From positions 68,016,001 through 68,080,000 of the forward strand of contig NW_024704742.1 in NCBI RefSeq assembly GCF_018977255.1: 64,000 nucleotides of DNA, read 5' to 3'. Every line of letters starts with the position of its first letter. Positions within the stretch are counted from its first letter, which is position 1. The stretch comes from Callorhinchus milii. Taxonomy: Eukaryota. The notes beneath the pieces are model-generated. The model worked only from the letters and a program-made list of their open reading frames with translations, was not told where the DNA came from and searched no databases. Positions 46,201 through 59,685 of this stretch are shown piece by piece. The translations under genes were made by a program, and so were the position numbers.

Positions 46201-47585
46201 GAACCGTATCTTATCAAGTCAAACCTCACAGCTCATCCCCCCATCACTGGAAATCCATCCTCATTTCCCATGTGGAGGTTGAATTTTCCTCAAAGAATGA
46301 GGAAGACCACACTTTGGTTTCAGGTTTATATGTGGAAATTGAACACTCTATTTATCTAGTTTGTTCAATCTCTGCGAACAAACAGCCAATTACTGTATTG
46401 CCAAATCTGACTGTGGAATTCAAGAGAATTTACATCTTAAGAGCACCCGGGAGCACAGAAGCACAAAAACACTCATAGCCTTTGTTTAGTAGATGACAAT
46501 TTGCCCTAGAGTAAGTTGAAATAACCCTGCCAGGGATGAATTTAAGGCTCTGTGTGGGGATTTTCTGTGTAGAAACTGGCTGTCATATTTGTCTACAAAA
46601 ACAATTACTGTACTTATAATCTTTACATTTGACAACAATTATCCGTGAAAAGCTTGGGCCATTTTAGTGTTAATAGGCGCTATATCAATCAAATCCAAAC
46701 ATTATTTTTAAGGTACACACCACCTCTCAAAATGTTACTCTTTGTCCAGTAGTAGATTTACATAAAAGTATTACCCTCAAAACGCACAAATAAATGCCTA
46801 AATTGATAAGAATCATCTGCCCGATCTATAAGAAATGCTAATGGTTCTTTACATAGAAACATTGGAATAAGGGACCATTAAACTCATTGAGCCTCTTGCA
46901 AATCTTCTTACTGTGAGTTTATACTGCACTTTCGTAGCAAATAGTGATGGACACCATAAAAATGTACAACACAGAAAAAGGTCATGTGATCTATTTGGGT
47001 ATATGCTGTCGCATAGGAACATAGGAATTGCTCGATGAAAAAAGACCAAGGTCCATCTAGTTCGCTTTCTACCATCCTGTAATGGAGATGTTGATAGCAA
47101 TTAATTCAGCATGGATTAGTCTACAACACAGTGGAATACATTGGGAACCTTAGTTCCAAAGATGCCTAATTCTTCCAAATATACTACAATGGATTCCAAA
47201 ATATTATTTTCTAAAATATATCTAATTTTCTTTAAAAGACATTCAGACCCATTCAGTTGCCTTTTTCCCATACCCCTGCAAAATTTAGATTCTGCCTTAG
47301 CCACAGCACTCAAGGGGGCATTCCGCATTCTACCAAATCTATACATTTTCCCCCCAATTTTTCCCTTGAGCTGGTTGTAAGAGGTGCAGTATAAATGAAG
47401 CAGTGCAAAATGATGCCACTCTGCTCCACTCTCCACAGTACCTTGAAAGTTGTGGTACCCTTTATTAGATGACCCTTTCAATAGACCTGTTGTCATTTTT
47501 TTTAAAAGAAATGAATCTCAAATCGAATTTTTTAATATTACGAAGTTAGGGGCAGATTATAAGATAAAGGCACATAACTTTATCC

Positions 47586-48590
47586 CCCCAGCAGTCAGTA
47601 TTGGGAACATTGCTCTTTTTGATCTATATAAATGACTTGGACTTGGGTATAAGGAGTACAATTTCCAAGTTTGCAGATGATACTAAGCTAGGAAAAGTAG
47701 TAAATGATGGGGAAGATAGTAACAGACTGCAAGAGGACACAGACTGGTAAAATGGGCAGACACGTGGCAGATGAAGTTTAATGTGGAGAAATGTGAAGTG
47801 GTGCATTTTGGGAGGAAGAATGAGGAGAGGCAATATAAGCCGATGGTACAATCTTAAAGGGGGTGAAGGAACAGAGAGACCGGGGGGTTCATATCAGTAA
47901 ATGTTTGAAGGTGGCAGGACAGGGAGATAAAGCTGTTAAAAAAGCATACGGGATACTAGGCTTTATGAATAGTCGCATAGAATACCAAAGTAGGGAAGTT
48001 ATGATGAACCTTTATAAAGCACTGGTTAGGCCTCAGCGAGAGTATGTGTTCAGTTCTGGGTGCCACATTTTTGGAAGGATGTCAAGGCATTGGAGAGGGT
48101 GCAAAGGAAATCTACCAGGATGGTACCAGAATGAGAGACTTCAGTTATGAGAAGAGGCTAGATAAACTAGGATTATTCTCCATGAAGCAGAGAAGGTTAA
48201 GAGAGGTTCAATGGAAGTTTTTAAAATTATGAGGGGATTCAATAGGGTGAACAAGGAGAAGCTATTTCCACGGGCAGGTGGGTCGGTAACCCAAGGACAC
48301 TGATTTAAAATAGTTGTTAAGAGAAAAGAGGGGAGGTGAGGAGAAATGTTTTCACACAGCGAGTTGTTTGGATCTGGAATGCATTGCCTGAAAGAGTGGT
48401 GAAAGCTGATTTGATAACAACTTTTAAGAGAGAAGTAGATAATTATTTGGGGAGGACAATTTTGCAGGGCTGTGAGGAAGTGAGCGAGGGAGTGGGATTG
48501 ATTTGGATAGCTCTTTTCAAAGAGCCGTCACAGACATGATGGGCCGAATGACCTCCTTCTGCGCTATATAATTCTATGATTCTATGAACT
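47586..48590 (+). mobile_element. CR1 LINE RT/3' fragment
   Basis: LFLIYINDLD...ISKFADDTKL, WQMKFNVEKCEVVHFG, LYKALVRPQ, FTQRVVWIWNALP; tail attctatgattctatga. Confidence 0.92.
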
Positions 48591-50189
48591 CCAAAGGCAA
48601 GTGTTAGTTTTTAGGGGCACCGGTATGTTACTGAGAAGGAAGTACTGTATATATTAGGCTTCTTAATCTATGTTATTTTGCTGCTGGCAGTGAGGATGAA
48701 GGAACATAGAGGTTGGAAATAAAACCTTTTCAACACCATGATGATTGCCTGAGATAGGTGAAAGGCATCCATTTTTTTCTGGCCAAAGAAGGATTTGTGA
48801 ATTGCTCCTATCTAAATTTTACCATTGGCATATACACCCTCACCCTGAGACAATATCTATGTTGAATGAACAAAACTGAAACTCACAAGAAGCAAAATGT
48901 TTAAACTTTTCTCATATCCATTTGTTCAGAACCAAATTCTAATTCCTCATGGAGTAAATGAAAAGCAGACAGTTGTTTTACAGTGCAGCAGGAATCCAAT
49001 GCAATTTTATAACAGTACGATGAAAGTTTAAAAAAATCATGGAGCATAGGCACAACAGGAGGCTATTCAGCCCATCAAGCCTGTTCCCCTAGCATATTGG
49101 ATCATGGCACAACTTTAAAGCCCAAATCCCCAAATTGAAAGACGAAGAAGCTGCATTGTAAAAAAGAACCAAATAAGTTAATTAATGATACAAACTTTCT
49201 CTAATGTGAGAAACAAGGACCTATAGCTGACAATGGGGGTGGGAATTGACCAAAAGGCCTATAAAGAGCAAAGTAAGGAGCAGATTTGTTGCAACAAAGC
49301 AAGGTGCAGAATTGGGCCATCGATGATTGCCCTATGGAATGATGGCAAATATCCTATATGTATTCTGGAAGTTAAAACAGTTAAAGAAGTTATATTTCCA
49401 CTGGTATGTCAGAACACGAGAAGTATCATCCCAGAGTAGTTTTAATTGATGTAAAAATATTAAAAGGGTTAAAAATCCAATGCATCATGGCAAGCCGTGC
49501 ATATGACAACGCCCTCATTCCTGAGTTAGATAATAACTCCTAACATTGTCGTCATGAGCTGTCTCCAATCGGTCTCAATCATAGAGACAATGATATGGCT
49601 CGGTTCATTTTAATTCTGTTCGTTAGTTATACAGTACCAACTTAGTGTAACAGAACTTGCCCACTGCTGATCCCTGAATACCGAATTTATCTCACATAAC
49701 TCTTTGTTAAGATCTTGTCATGGTGTAATAAATTTCATATTTAATGACCCACTGTCAAATTTACCAGTTTTGTTGAGAAAACAAGTTATGTTGCCCACTG
49801 AAGGTGCATCACAATGATAAAACAATGAGATCACAAACAGTGACAGTGGCCTATGGGGTTCACTGTGTAACTCACAAGTGAAGTCAGTCTTGTATCAGAT
49901 ATACTAAATGACCGGCCATAAAATATTCCATTTCATATTCAGTGGGTTTTCAAACTATACTTAAAAAAATCATATTTAGATCGTCAAAGCCAATAAAATC
50001 AGTTTGAAACTGCTGAGATTTCTCAAATCACTTTTGTGTTATCATACCAGTGGAAGTCGTATTTTTATTTCTACAAGTATTCTCCTTGTTATAAGTATAA
50101 ACCTAGCATCATCTAAATCACCTACTTTATTTAGTATACCTACTTTACTTTCCCAGTAATAACCTACAAATTTAAGTTCTGGGAAATTT

Positions 50190-50520
50190 GCAGTGATTAC
50201 GTCAGTTTTAATCCTTCACTGAGGAGGTCACCACACATCAATTATACGCAGCTTCCTGACCAATGTCCACCGTAACACCTACTGTCGAGATGAATAAAAT
50301 CTTAAGCGATAACAAAACTGGCCCCACCAACTCCAAAGTATTGATGCTAAAAAGAAATGTCTAGATGGGGATGATAACCCGCAGTAATCTCAGTTTGTTA
50401 TACACTGGACCTTTGTTCATCCCGTTTATGACGTCACCTGACCCCTTGATGACATGTCCGCTCAGTAATTACTCCCGGCTACGCATTACTTTGTGATTTA
50501 ATGCTTTTTCGGCTCAATTT
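50190..50520. promoter_or_regulatory. Candidate regulatory region (possible KRCC1 promoter) with a full CRE
   Basis: Non-repetitive, locally CpG-retaining; TGACGTCA at 50429-50436 and a variant TTACGTCA near 50197. No TSS can be demonstrated. Confidence 0.25.
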
Positions 50521-50611
50521 AGTGGAGCTCATTGCCTCCAGGTCAGAAGATTATTGGCTCGGGACCCACATCGGGATTTGAGTTTACACTCGGCTACACT
50601 TCTGAATAATA

Positions 50612-50719
50612 CAGGGTTACCAAATAGTCGTAATACCATTACAATGTCTCATAAGTCTTAAAGAAATTATGATTTTTTTAAAGATAATAGGGCAGTTATC
50701 ACGACTTTTTATCACCCTG
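50612..50719. mobile_element. Small Tc1/mariner-type MITE
   Basis: Imperfect TIRs cagggttaccaaatagtcgtaata / cagggtgataaaaagtcgtgata with TA flanks. Confidence 0.65.
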
Positions 50720-53700
50720 TATATCAAACAGATTTCCCTGTTCAGGTTAAATCTATAAATGATTATATGGTACTCTTTTAAAAAATGGAACTATCCCAAT
50801 GCAATGACGATTAATCTTACCTCATTCAAACACATAAAAACCATTCATCTCATTATTGTTGGGGAATACAATTGGTGCAGATTGGTGTCCCAAAAATTGT
50901 AAACTGGCTGTCTGTGGGGCATTGGTGTGGGTAAATAAACTGGCTGCCTTGTTTGCCTACAAATACAGTACAAAACTGCAGAAAACTCTGTGAAGCACTT
51001 TATAATAATAATAATCCTTGCATTTGATATAGTGCCTTATCACATCGTTGAGATTTCACAAAGCACTTCACAGGATACATTGTAAAGTGCAGTGACTGTA
51101 TATTTTGTGGGTGAAACTTTCTGACATGGTAAGGTGCTCCACCAATTGCAATGATTTTTGTATTAATTTCCTTGGCCTAAAAAANTTCTAGTAATTATTA
51201 CAAGAGTTACATGATATGCAATGAATATATGTTATACCCAGTCAAAACCCAGCATTTACTGTGTTAAATTTGACATCAGTTTCATTTGTGTAGATTATCA
51301 CAGCAACTTTTGATGGTCTGTTTTAACGCAACAGCACATAGCTGATCTTGGGTCACACTCACCCCTCAACAATAGCTACTTGCACTAATGTAACAAATAA
51401 GCATCCCAAAGTGCTTTACAAAGTGATATTAATATGAAATGAACAGAATATTTTTATATATATGGCAGTTTATCTGCATCAGAACATCCTATAAACAAGC
51501 TTAGGTTGCCATTTTAATTTGGGGGTAAATTTAGTTGGAAGATGGAATATAGCCAGAATAACAGGATGAACGTGTTTCACATTTCTTTGAAATCAAATAA
51601 CCAGAGGGAAATTTTAGTCAGGATATTCCATGACCCTGCTCATCAACAATGTTAGTTGGGCCCAAATCAGGACTTTTACACATCTGCTTGAATAATAGAA
51701 TAACAGCTAGTGAATCAGTTAGGGAAAGCCTTCACAGCCAAGCATGATCCCATTATTTTTAAGTATCCATGCTTATGTACAATTCAAAGAGCACTCGACT
51801 CGCAAGTGAGAGGTCCCATGTAAAAGGCAGTATGCAAATGTAATTTGTTGTTGTTTCGCGTTTAATTCCCGAGTGGGGTGAAACCTCAGGTAAGTTTCCT
51901 TACTCCACACACCTCTGTTTACCAAGCAGTAAGTAGGAACCCAGTTGTTAGTCAATTGGTGGATCACTTTCTGGGGGCAATAGTCCATTAAAAACAAATT
52001 ATTTGGTCACTCAAACCATGACTGTTTGTGGGACACTGCTGTGCGCAATTGGCTGCTGCATTTTGTTCACAAAATATACAGACAATCCACTTTACTGAAG
52101 TGAAGCGCTTTGAGACATTTCAATGACATAAGGCGCTATATAATAATCTTGGCATTTGATATAACGCCTTATTACCTCTTTGAGACGTCTTCACAGAATA
52201 AAGTGTAGTGACTGTGTATTTTGTGGGTGAAATGCGGCAGCCAATTGTGCACAGCAGTGTAGGATTATTAGGTTATTATAATATGTCATTGACTTCATCA
52301 GACCGTTTTATTTTTCTGAGTGGATACATCAAACACGAATGTCACATGAATGCAATTAGTAGTTCCTTTTGCACTAAGGCTGGTCCAATAGCCTCAAAAT
52401 TGAAATAATTTCACCGCAGCAGTCACAAAATGTTACAACAGGAAATGCGACAGAATGCTTTCAAGATTGAGGTTTAAGATTAATTAAACTTCTTGTCAGT
52501 TAATGAAACCATTTAAACACCAAGTCTAGATTACTGTTTTATCAAAATAATAATAATCCTTGCATTTGATACAGCGTCAATACAATGCCATCGTAACATC
52601 TCAACATTATGGGATATAATACATAGGTAGTTTGGGACACGTGCGACCGCCAGGAAGGTGGAAGGCAAACTAGATGGACCTTGGTCTTTTTTTCGCCTAA
52701 CATTTCTTATGTTCTATCTCAGTGCTTCCCAGGGTTTATTGTTAAGTGTATTATTAACTGTGAATTTCCAGGCAAATTTGGCAGCCAATTTTATAATCCT
52801 TGCATTTTGTGCACAGCTGCCATGAAGTGAATGACCAATGTTAACTGTAGGATTGTTGACCAGGACACCAAGATATTCCCTTCTTCTTTCAAACAGTATC
52901 TCTAATATCCAAGTGAACAGGCAGACTGGACTTTTAAGGTGTCATCAGAAGGATGGAACTTCCAACATTTGTTCCTCAGCATTGCATTGTCAGCTTAGTG
53001 TGTGAGCTCAAATGTGGTTTAAACCCACATTCTTGACTCATTGGGGGTGAGAATGCTATTAACTGAGACATTATGGTTTGTTCCTGAGCAGCGACTATTC
53101 TCCGTGTTATCTGTTCTACAAATTTAGGCTAGGAAAGACACCATAGAATATGATATACAATTTCAAAGAATAAAAATGATGGACAGATTCTAAATAATAA
53201 TCCTTGGATTTGATATAGCACCTTATCACTTTATTCAAATATCTCAAAGCACTTCACAGGATTTACTGTAAAGTGTTGTGAATTATATATTTGTAGGCAA
53301 ATGAGGCAGGCAATTTTGTGCACAGCATTATCCCACAAACGACCATAGAGTTAATAACCAATTTTATTTGGGGGATTGTTGGTCAGGTCACCAGAGGAAA
53401 CCTTGCTTGCCTTTTTTGAATAGTGGCTATGGAATCTTTAACATCATCCAAATAGCAGATGGGATCTTGGTTTATAATAATAATAATCCTTGCATTTGAT
53501 ATAGTACCTTATTATGTCATCAAGGCATCTCAAAATATACTGTACAGAATATACAGTAAAGTGAGATGACTGCATATTTTGTGGATGAAACACGGCAGCC
53601 AATTGTGCACAGCAGTGCCCTGCAGTCATGAATTGAAGGGATTATTACCGCTGGAAAGCGACCCACCAATCAACTAACAACCGAGTTCTCACTTGCTACT

Positions 53701-54104
53701 ACATAAACAGAGGTGTGTGGAGTAAGGAAACTTGCCTACGTTTTGCCTGTAAATTGAACCCAGGTCCTCTTGCTTGAGAGGCAAGTGCTCTAACCAATAA
53801 GCTACCAGATTCCAATAGGTTTCGGCATGTCTCATCTGAAGGATGGGACCTCTTGACAATGCAGTGCTCCTCCAGCATTGCACTGAAGTGTCAGCTTAGA
53901 CTATGGGCTCAAAGTCCTGATATGAGGCTTGAACTCACAACACTCTGAGTAAATAATCCACTACTGGCATGGATGGAAGAATGGATTGTTGTGGCATTAT
54001 TTTGGGGTCCTCCTGTGCTTTCTATCACCGACCGGTCTGTATTTTGTAACTTCATTCACGTTAATAATGTAAAGTTTTTGTGGGGTCTGATTGTCAGTGG
54101 GTCA

Positions 54105-54525
54105 TCCTGGCTCACTTGATAGCAATCTCGCCTCTGAGTCAGAAGTTTGTGGGTTTAAGTCCCACATTGGGACTTAGAAACAATATAGTCTTCAATATAG
54201 TGCTTGGTGTGTGTTGCATTGAGGGAGGTGCCCCTCTGGATGAGACGTTAGACCAAGGTCCAGTCTGCCTGTTCAGGTGGACCTTAAAGATTCAATGGCT
54301 GTATTAGAAAAGAGAGGGGAGTTTCTCCCAGTGTTCCTGTCTAGAATTCTCCAAATAAAATTATCATTAACTCCATGGCTGTCTATGGTTCATTGCTGTG
54401 TGCAAATTGGCTGCTGAGTTCGTCAACAAAATTCACCACTTTACAGTATATCCTGTATACTTTGACACTTTGAGATGTCTCGACGACATGGTAATGCACT
54501 GTAGCAAATGCAAGGTTATTATTAT
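54105..54525 (+). mobile_element. DeuSINE-type SINE
   Basis: Head, core (caggtggaccttaaagattcaatggc) and tail all present. Confidence 0.7.
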
Positions 54526-55713
54526 ATGTATACTGCTATTTACAAAATTCAACAGTTAGCAATTGGAATATGCACCTTTTTAAGTGGTCTGATATATTTT
54601 ATATTATATTAGTAATGAATTTAGCTTTTCTAATTCCTGATTCTGCATAAAGCCATCTAGTCTAAACCAGATGCCAGAATTAGGAATTTTTCCCAATTCT
54701 GGTCAACATCTACTTCGATCTTATCCACTGAATGAGGCTTCCCTCTAGTATCTCAATCAATTTAGCATTTTATATTCCTAATCTGGATAATGATGTTCAA
54801 TAATGGGGAGAGAAGCCATTTTCAAGTCCATTCTGTGCACAATTGGCTGCTGCATTTTGCCCACAAAATACACTGTCAATCCACTTACAGTAATTCTATG
54901 AAATGCTTTGAGATGTCTCAATGACATAAGGTTCTATATCAAATACAAGGATTATTATTATTTTCATTTTCCTTCTATATACATGCTCACTAGATCCGAG
55001 ATGCTATTCTGAGTGAAAGGCGCTAGTTGTTGTCGTTTGCAGGAGCTTTAGCCAACACGGCATCTGAACCAATAGTAAGCAGTCTCAAGCGCTTTGAGAT
55101 GTCATCCCGATGTGAAAATATAAATGTGAATGGTACTGTATTGCTATCGTGGCTGAGATTAGGAAGGACAGATTGTGATCAAACCTATACATCTCTGATC
55201 TGTATGGCTCAGTTCCAGGCCACTCAGTGCATTCATCGACTGTGACCATTATCCAAAGTATCCAAAGTAATGAGACCATTGCAGTGTGCAACTAAGTGTT
55301 GGCTTTTCTATGCAAAGCTGGCAGATTTGAAAATGCTAGGGTTGTAATGTGCACAGGTTACTTCAAAATACCTGCACATTTGGGTCATTAAAGATACCTA
55401 AACTGGCAAGATTACAATGTCATAAATAACTTGTGTAGTTTTTTTAAAAAAACACACTGAACAATTTTCGCAGAGATATTTGCAAATAGTGACTCCTGAC
55501 AATAATTGGAAGTTACTTCACATTGACTTGCAGAAATTGTTCAATTTATGTCTGGAGCAGTTACTGAGGGTCAGTGTGGTCCCCGCCCAGTTACGGACAA
55601 AGTCACTATTTACTAATGTCAGGTTTTAATAATAATAATCCTTGCATTTGATTTTCATATCAGGAGGATGCCCCAAAACACTTGATAGGATTTATTGCAG
55701 AGTGACTGTAGTG

Positions 55714-56024
55714 GAGTCCTGTAGTTCAGTGGTTAGAGCACTCGCTTTGCAAGCGAGAGACCTGGGTTCGATTCCCAGCAGGGTGAAACCTCAGGCAAGT
55801 TTCCTTACTCCACACGCCTGATAATAATGCCTCAAAAAAAACAATAATAAATTGGTTACTTCAATCCACGACTGTTTATGGGACACTGCTGTGCGCAATT
55901 GGCTGCCGCATTTCGTCCACAAATATACAGTCAATTCACTTTACAGTCTATTCTGTGAAGCGCTTTGAGACGTCTAGAAGACATGATAAGGCGCTATATC
56001 AAATGCAAGGATTATTATTATTAT
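55714..56024 (+). mobile_element. Full-length tRNA-SINE (family A)
   Basis: Intact A and B boxes (gggttcgattccc) and tail. Confidence 0.9.
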
Positions 56025-57202
56025 ATTTATTATTTTGGGACCATGCATTACTTGATGAGAGCGGTTCTTCCGGTATCCTGGCCAACAATGACATGAAATT
56101 GTTCATTCACTTTGTGGCTGTTTGCAGGACGTTGCTGTGCGCAAATTAACTATGTTCGCCTACAAAATACAGTCAAAATACAAAGCACTGTAATGTGCTT
56201 TGAGAAGGCCTCCTGATGTGAAAAGTGCTACATCAAATGCAAGCCATTTCTTTGGTACTTTGAGTTCAGTCAGTGTCTATTATGATTTTGTCTTCAGAAA
56301 ATATATAAAACCCAGTGGCTATGAACTCTAACAACTGGTCAAATGTTATAGTATTTAGTTAGGTTCCTCCATAATATTCCAATCACATTGGTTACCCATC
56401 TCATTATCTGTAAGGTATTGCTCCAGCCATTTGCCTCTATAACATTTAATTCATTTCTAATCTTATGTTATGAAGTGCATTGCGATGTTTATTTTACTTG
56501 AAACGTATTATGTGTATCTAAGTCGTTAATTGGGTAGGCATGTATACCTAGCATTAATGTTTGCTCTTCAAACAAAATCCAATTTTCAAATAAACCTTCA
56601 ATAAAGTACCACTATTTCAAGCAGCTTTCCGACTTTACAAGTTTTCTTTTAAATGCTTAATGTTGGAGACGCATTGTTTCAAAATAATAATAATCCTTGC
56701 AATTGTTATAGTACCAATAACATTGAAATATCTCAAAACTCTTCAGACAATTGCTGTATAGTGACTATAATTGTGGGCAAATGTGGAGCCATCTGGACAC
56801 AGAAATGTTCCACTACCAACGATCAAGTTTAATCTATCCTGAGGGATTGTTGGCCATGACACTGTTTAATATCCATGACATTACTCAAAAAAAGGCTGAG
56901 TTTTTTCCAATCACCCAGACATTGGGGATCTTGTGAAAATATGGAACATATCCATGTTTTATTTGCAGGTCAAATTATATAAGAAAGTGTTGAACAAGAT
57001 ATAAGTCAATTCCAATACTCCCACATCCTAAGTACAATCTATTTTCTCAGAAACTCTGCCACAACTATTAGTTTATTAAACAATAAGTATTTTCTTCCCA
57101 TCATAGTCACAGAAGTGCTAAATGAAAACTCCAATCTACGAAGGCTCCTTCCTCCAACAAGATAACATCCCCCCCAACACTGCACTCGAGTTCAGCCTAG
57201 AC

Positions 57203-57402
57203 CTGTGGTGGCCAACCTTTATGGTCGGCCAACAAAATAAATTTTCTTGATTCAATATTTCTTCATTTATACCATAAATTAAGAAAGATTCAATCAAGAA
57301 AAAAATGAAAACACATCACTGATCGAATATGGACTTACCTATACCCGTGCAAAAGTTCGGGAGGGCCCTTCTTGATGGCCCCTCACAGCTTGGCCACCGC
57401 TG
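57203..57402. mobile_element. hAT (Charlie-like) MITE
   Basis: TIRs ctgtggtggccaacct / cagcggtggccaagct; 8-bp TSD gcctagac / gcctagag. Confidence 0.75.
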
Positions 57403-57504
57403 GCCTAGAGTATAGAGGAGCTAAAGCCTACAATATTCATTAAGAGGAGGATACGTCTAGGGTGCATTTTCTCCATAAAATGCTCCCTGTATCTCTTTTC
57501 TGAT

Positions 57505-58584
57505 GAAAATAAAATGGAAGATAGAGTGGTGTGGAGCTTGTGTCTGGAACAGCAACCAATACAGAGAGAGTTAATGGCCAGAAGTAGCCACAATTCCACC
57601 ACATGGAACCTGTTGTCTCATACACTAATTTGGCCATTCCAAAGATGTAGAATCTTATAACATTTTGCGCAGAATTTGGTCCACTGAATCTGCACCGACC
57701 CTCAGAGCAATGTAGGCAATGCCATACATTATATATAAAAAAATTGCATTGGATATAGCACCTTTCATTGTATTATACAATACAAAATTATATTTGTATA
57801 GGACCTTTCACGTTGGAAGGACGTCGCAAGTACTTCACAGGTTATACTGTAAAGTGCAGTGAGAATGTATTTTGTAGGCTGATTTGCACACAGCAATGTC
57901 CCACAAATAACCATGAAGTGAATGACCAGTTTTATTTGGGTGATAGTTGGCCAAGCCAAACGGGAGAAATCCCTTTTGAATAATACTATGGGGGTTTTAC
58001 CATCCACCTGACCAGGCAGATGGGACCTTGGTTTAACATCTCATGTGCAGAAGTGTCACCTCCAACAATATAGCACATCCCGATCACTACATCAAAGTTT
58101 AGTCAAGATTGTGTGGGTTAAAAGTTCCAACGTGGAGCTTGAACCACAACCTTTGGACTCAAAGGCGAAAGTACTACCAACTGAGCCAGGGTGTCAAATG
58201 AACTAGAATGACTGCATTTTATAGACAAATTATGGGAAGTTGAATGAATCCTACCATCTTTAAATATAACCTAACTCCTACCCATACCATGCTTAAGTGG
58301 AGCAGCCTACAACAGAAGGGTGGCCTTAGATAGAGTGGAAAGTGCAGATTCCTCTGGAAGCTGAAGTGGAACCATGAGAGTGCATGGCTTCACCCAACCC
58401 GTAGGTTAATAGATTGCAGAGGGCTTTGAATGAACGGACTGTCTTCACTTATCAGCCAAAGACCTATGGAAAGAAAAACCGAAGATGTGGCAAAATTGTG
58501 GCTACTGCTGGCCATTCACTCTCTTTGTATTGGTTGCTGTTCCAGACACAAGCTCCACACCACTCTGTCTTCCATTTTATTTTC
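57505..58584. repeat. 91-bp inverted repeat (57505-57595 / 58494-58584)
   Basis: Arms differ at 4 positions. Confidence 0.92.
57745..58190 (-). mobile_element. DeuSINE-type SINE between the arms of a 91-bp inverted repeat
   Basis: Same head, core and tail as the other copies. Confidence 0.7.
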
Positions 58585-58843
58585 CCCATTGTTCTCTTTC
58601 TTTTTGCTCAATTTTAATTTCACTTGTTGTTTGTGGGATTTTGTTGGCACAAAATGGTTGCAAATTTGCCAATACCGCACAAGAGACCTCATACAAGTCT
58701 CAACTATATAAATCATATAATCGCTTAAGTCAGTGTGGACAACCATTTTAGCTGCTAAATGCTGGATGCTCTATTTGAGAAACATCCGTGGGCCACATAA
58801 GCAATATTTTTGTGTCACCCTTCCAGAAACCTAACATAATCTT

Positions 58844-59166
58844 ATAATAATAATAATAATAATCCTTGCATTTGATATAGCGCTTTTCACGTCGGGAGGA
58901 CGTCCCAAAGCGCTTCACAGAACACACTGTAAAGTGAATTGACTGTATATTTGTGGGCGAACGCGGCAGCCAATTGCGCACAGCAATGTCCCACAAACAG
59001 TCGTAGATTGAAATGACCAATTTATTATTGTTTTTGGTTTTGGAGGGATTATTATTAGGCTCTGTGTGGAGTAAGGAAACTTGCCCAAGGTTTCGCCCTC
59101 TGCCTGGAATTGAACCCAGGTCTCTCGCTTGCAAAGCGAGTGCTCTAACCACTGAGCTACAGGACT
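58844..59166 (-). mobile_element. Full-length young tRNA-SINE (family A)
   Basis: Nearly identical to the 15281-15590 copy. Confidence 0.9.
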
Positions 59167-59439
59167 TCATCTTTACAGGTTATGGAGAGAGTGGGTGGGT
59201 CAGATGAAACTGAGGGTAGGGGGCTGATATCGTCTGCCAGTTGGACCACCCTGGCCTAAATCTTGACAGCTGCATAACGTGTAATGCCGCTACCGCACTT
59301 ACTGGGGAGGTGGGGGAATAAGAGAACAAATTCAGGCCACCCACTTCCTTTCTTCCTGGCGAACCATCCTCTCAGGGCAATGGCAGGAGCCGGTGGTTGG
59401 GAGGAACCCTCTCTCTTTCGCAATCAGCAGTGTGAAAAA

Positions 59440-59685
59440 ATGGGAGAGAGAAAGGGAGAGAGTGATTGAGAGAGAGAGGGGAAGAGGAAGAAACAGAGAG
59501 AGGGAGGGTGAGAGAGAAAAACAGAGAGGGTGAAATAGAGAGGCTGAAAGAGAGGGGGGGAGGGGGGAGATAGAGAAACAGAGAGAGGGAGGTAGAGAGG
59601 GAGAGGGAGAGGGGAGAGAGAATATGAGGGAAGGGGGGAGAGAAAAAGCGATTGAGGGCGAGTGGGGTTGGGGGGGGGGGCGAGG
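59440..59685. repeat. GA-rich polypurine low-complexity tract ending in a G run
   Basis: Direct reading. Confidence 0.85.
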
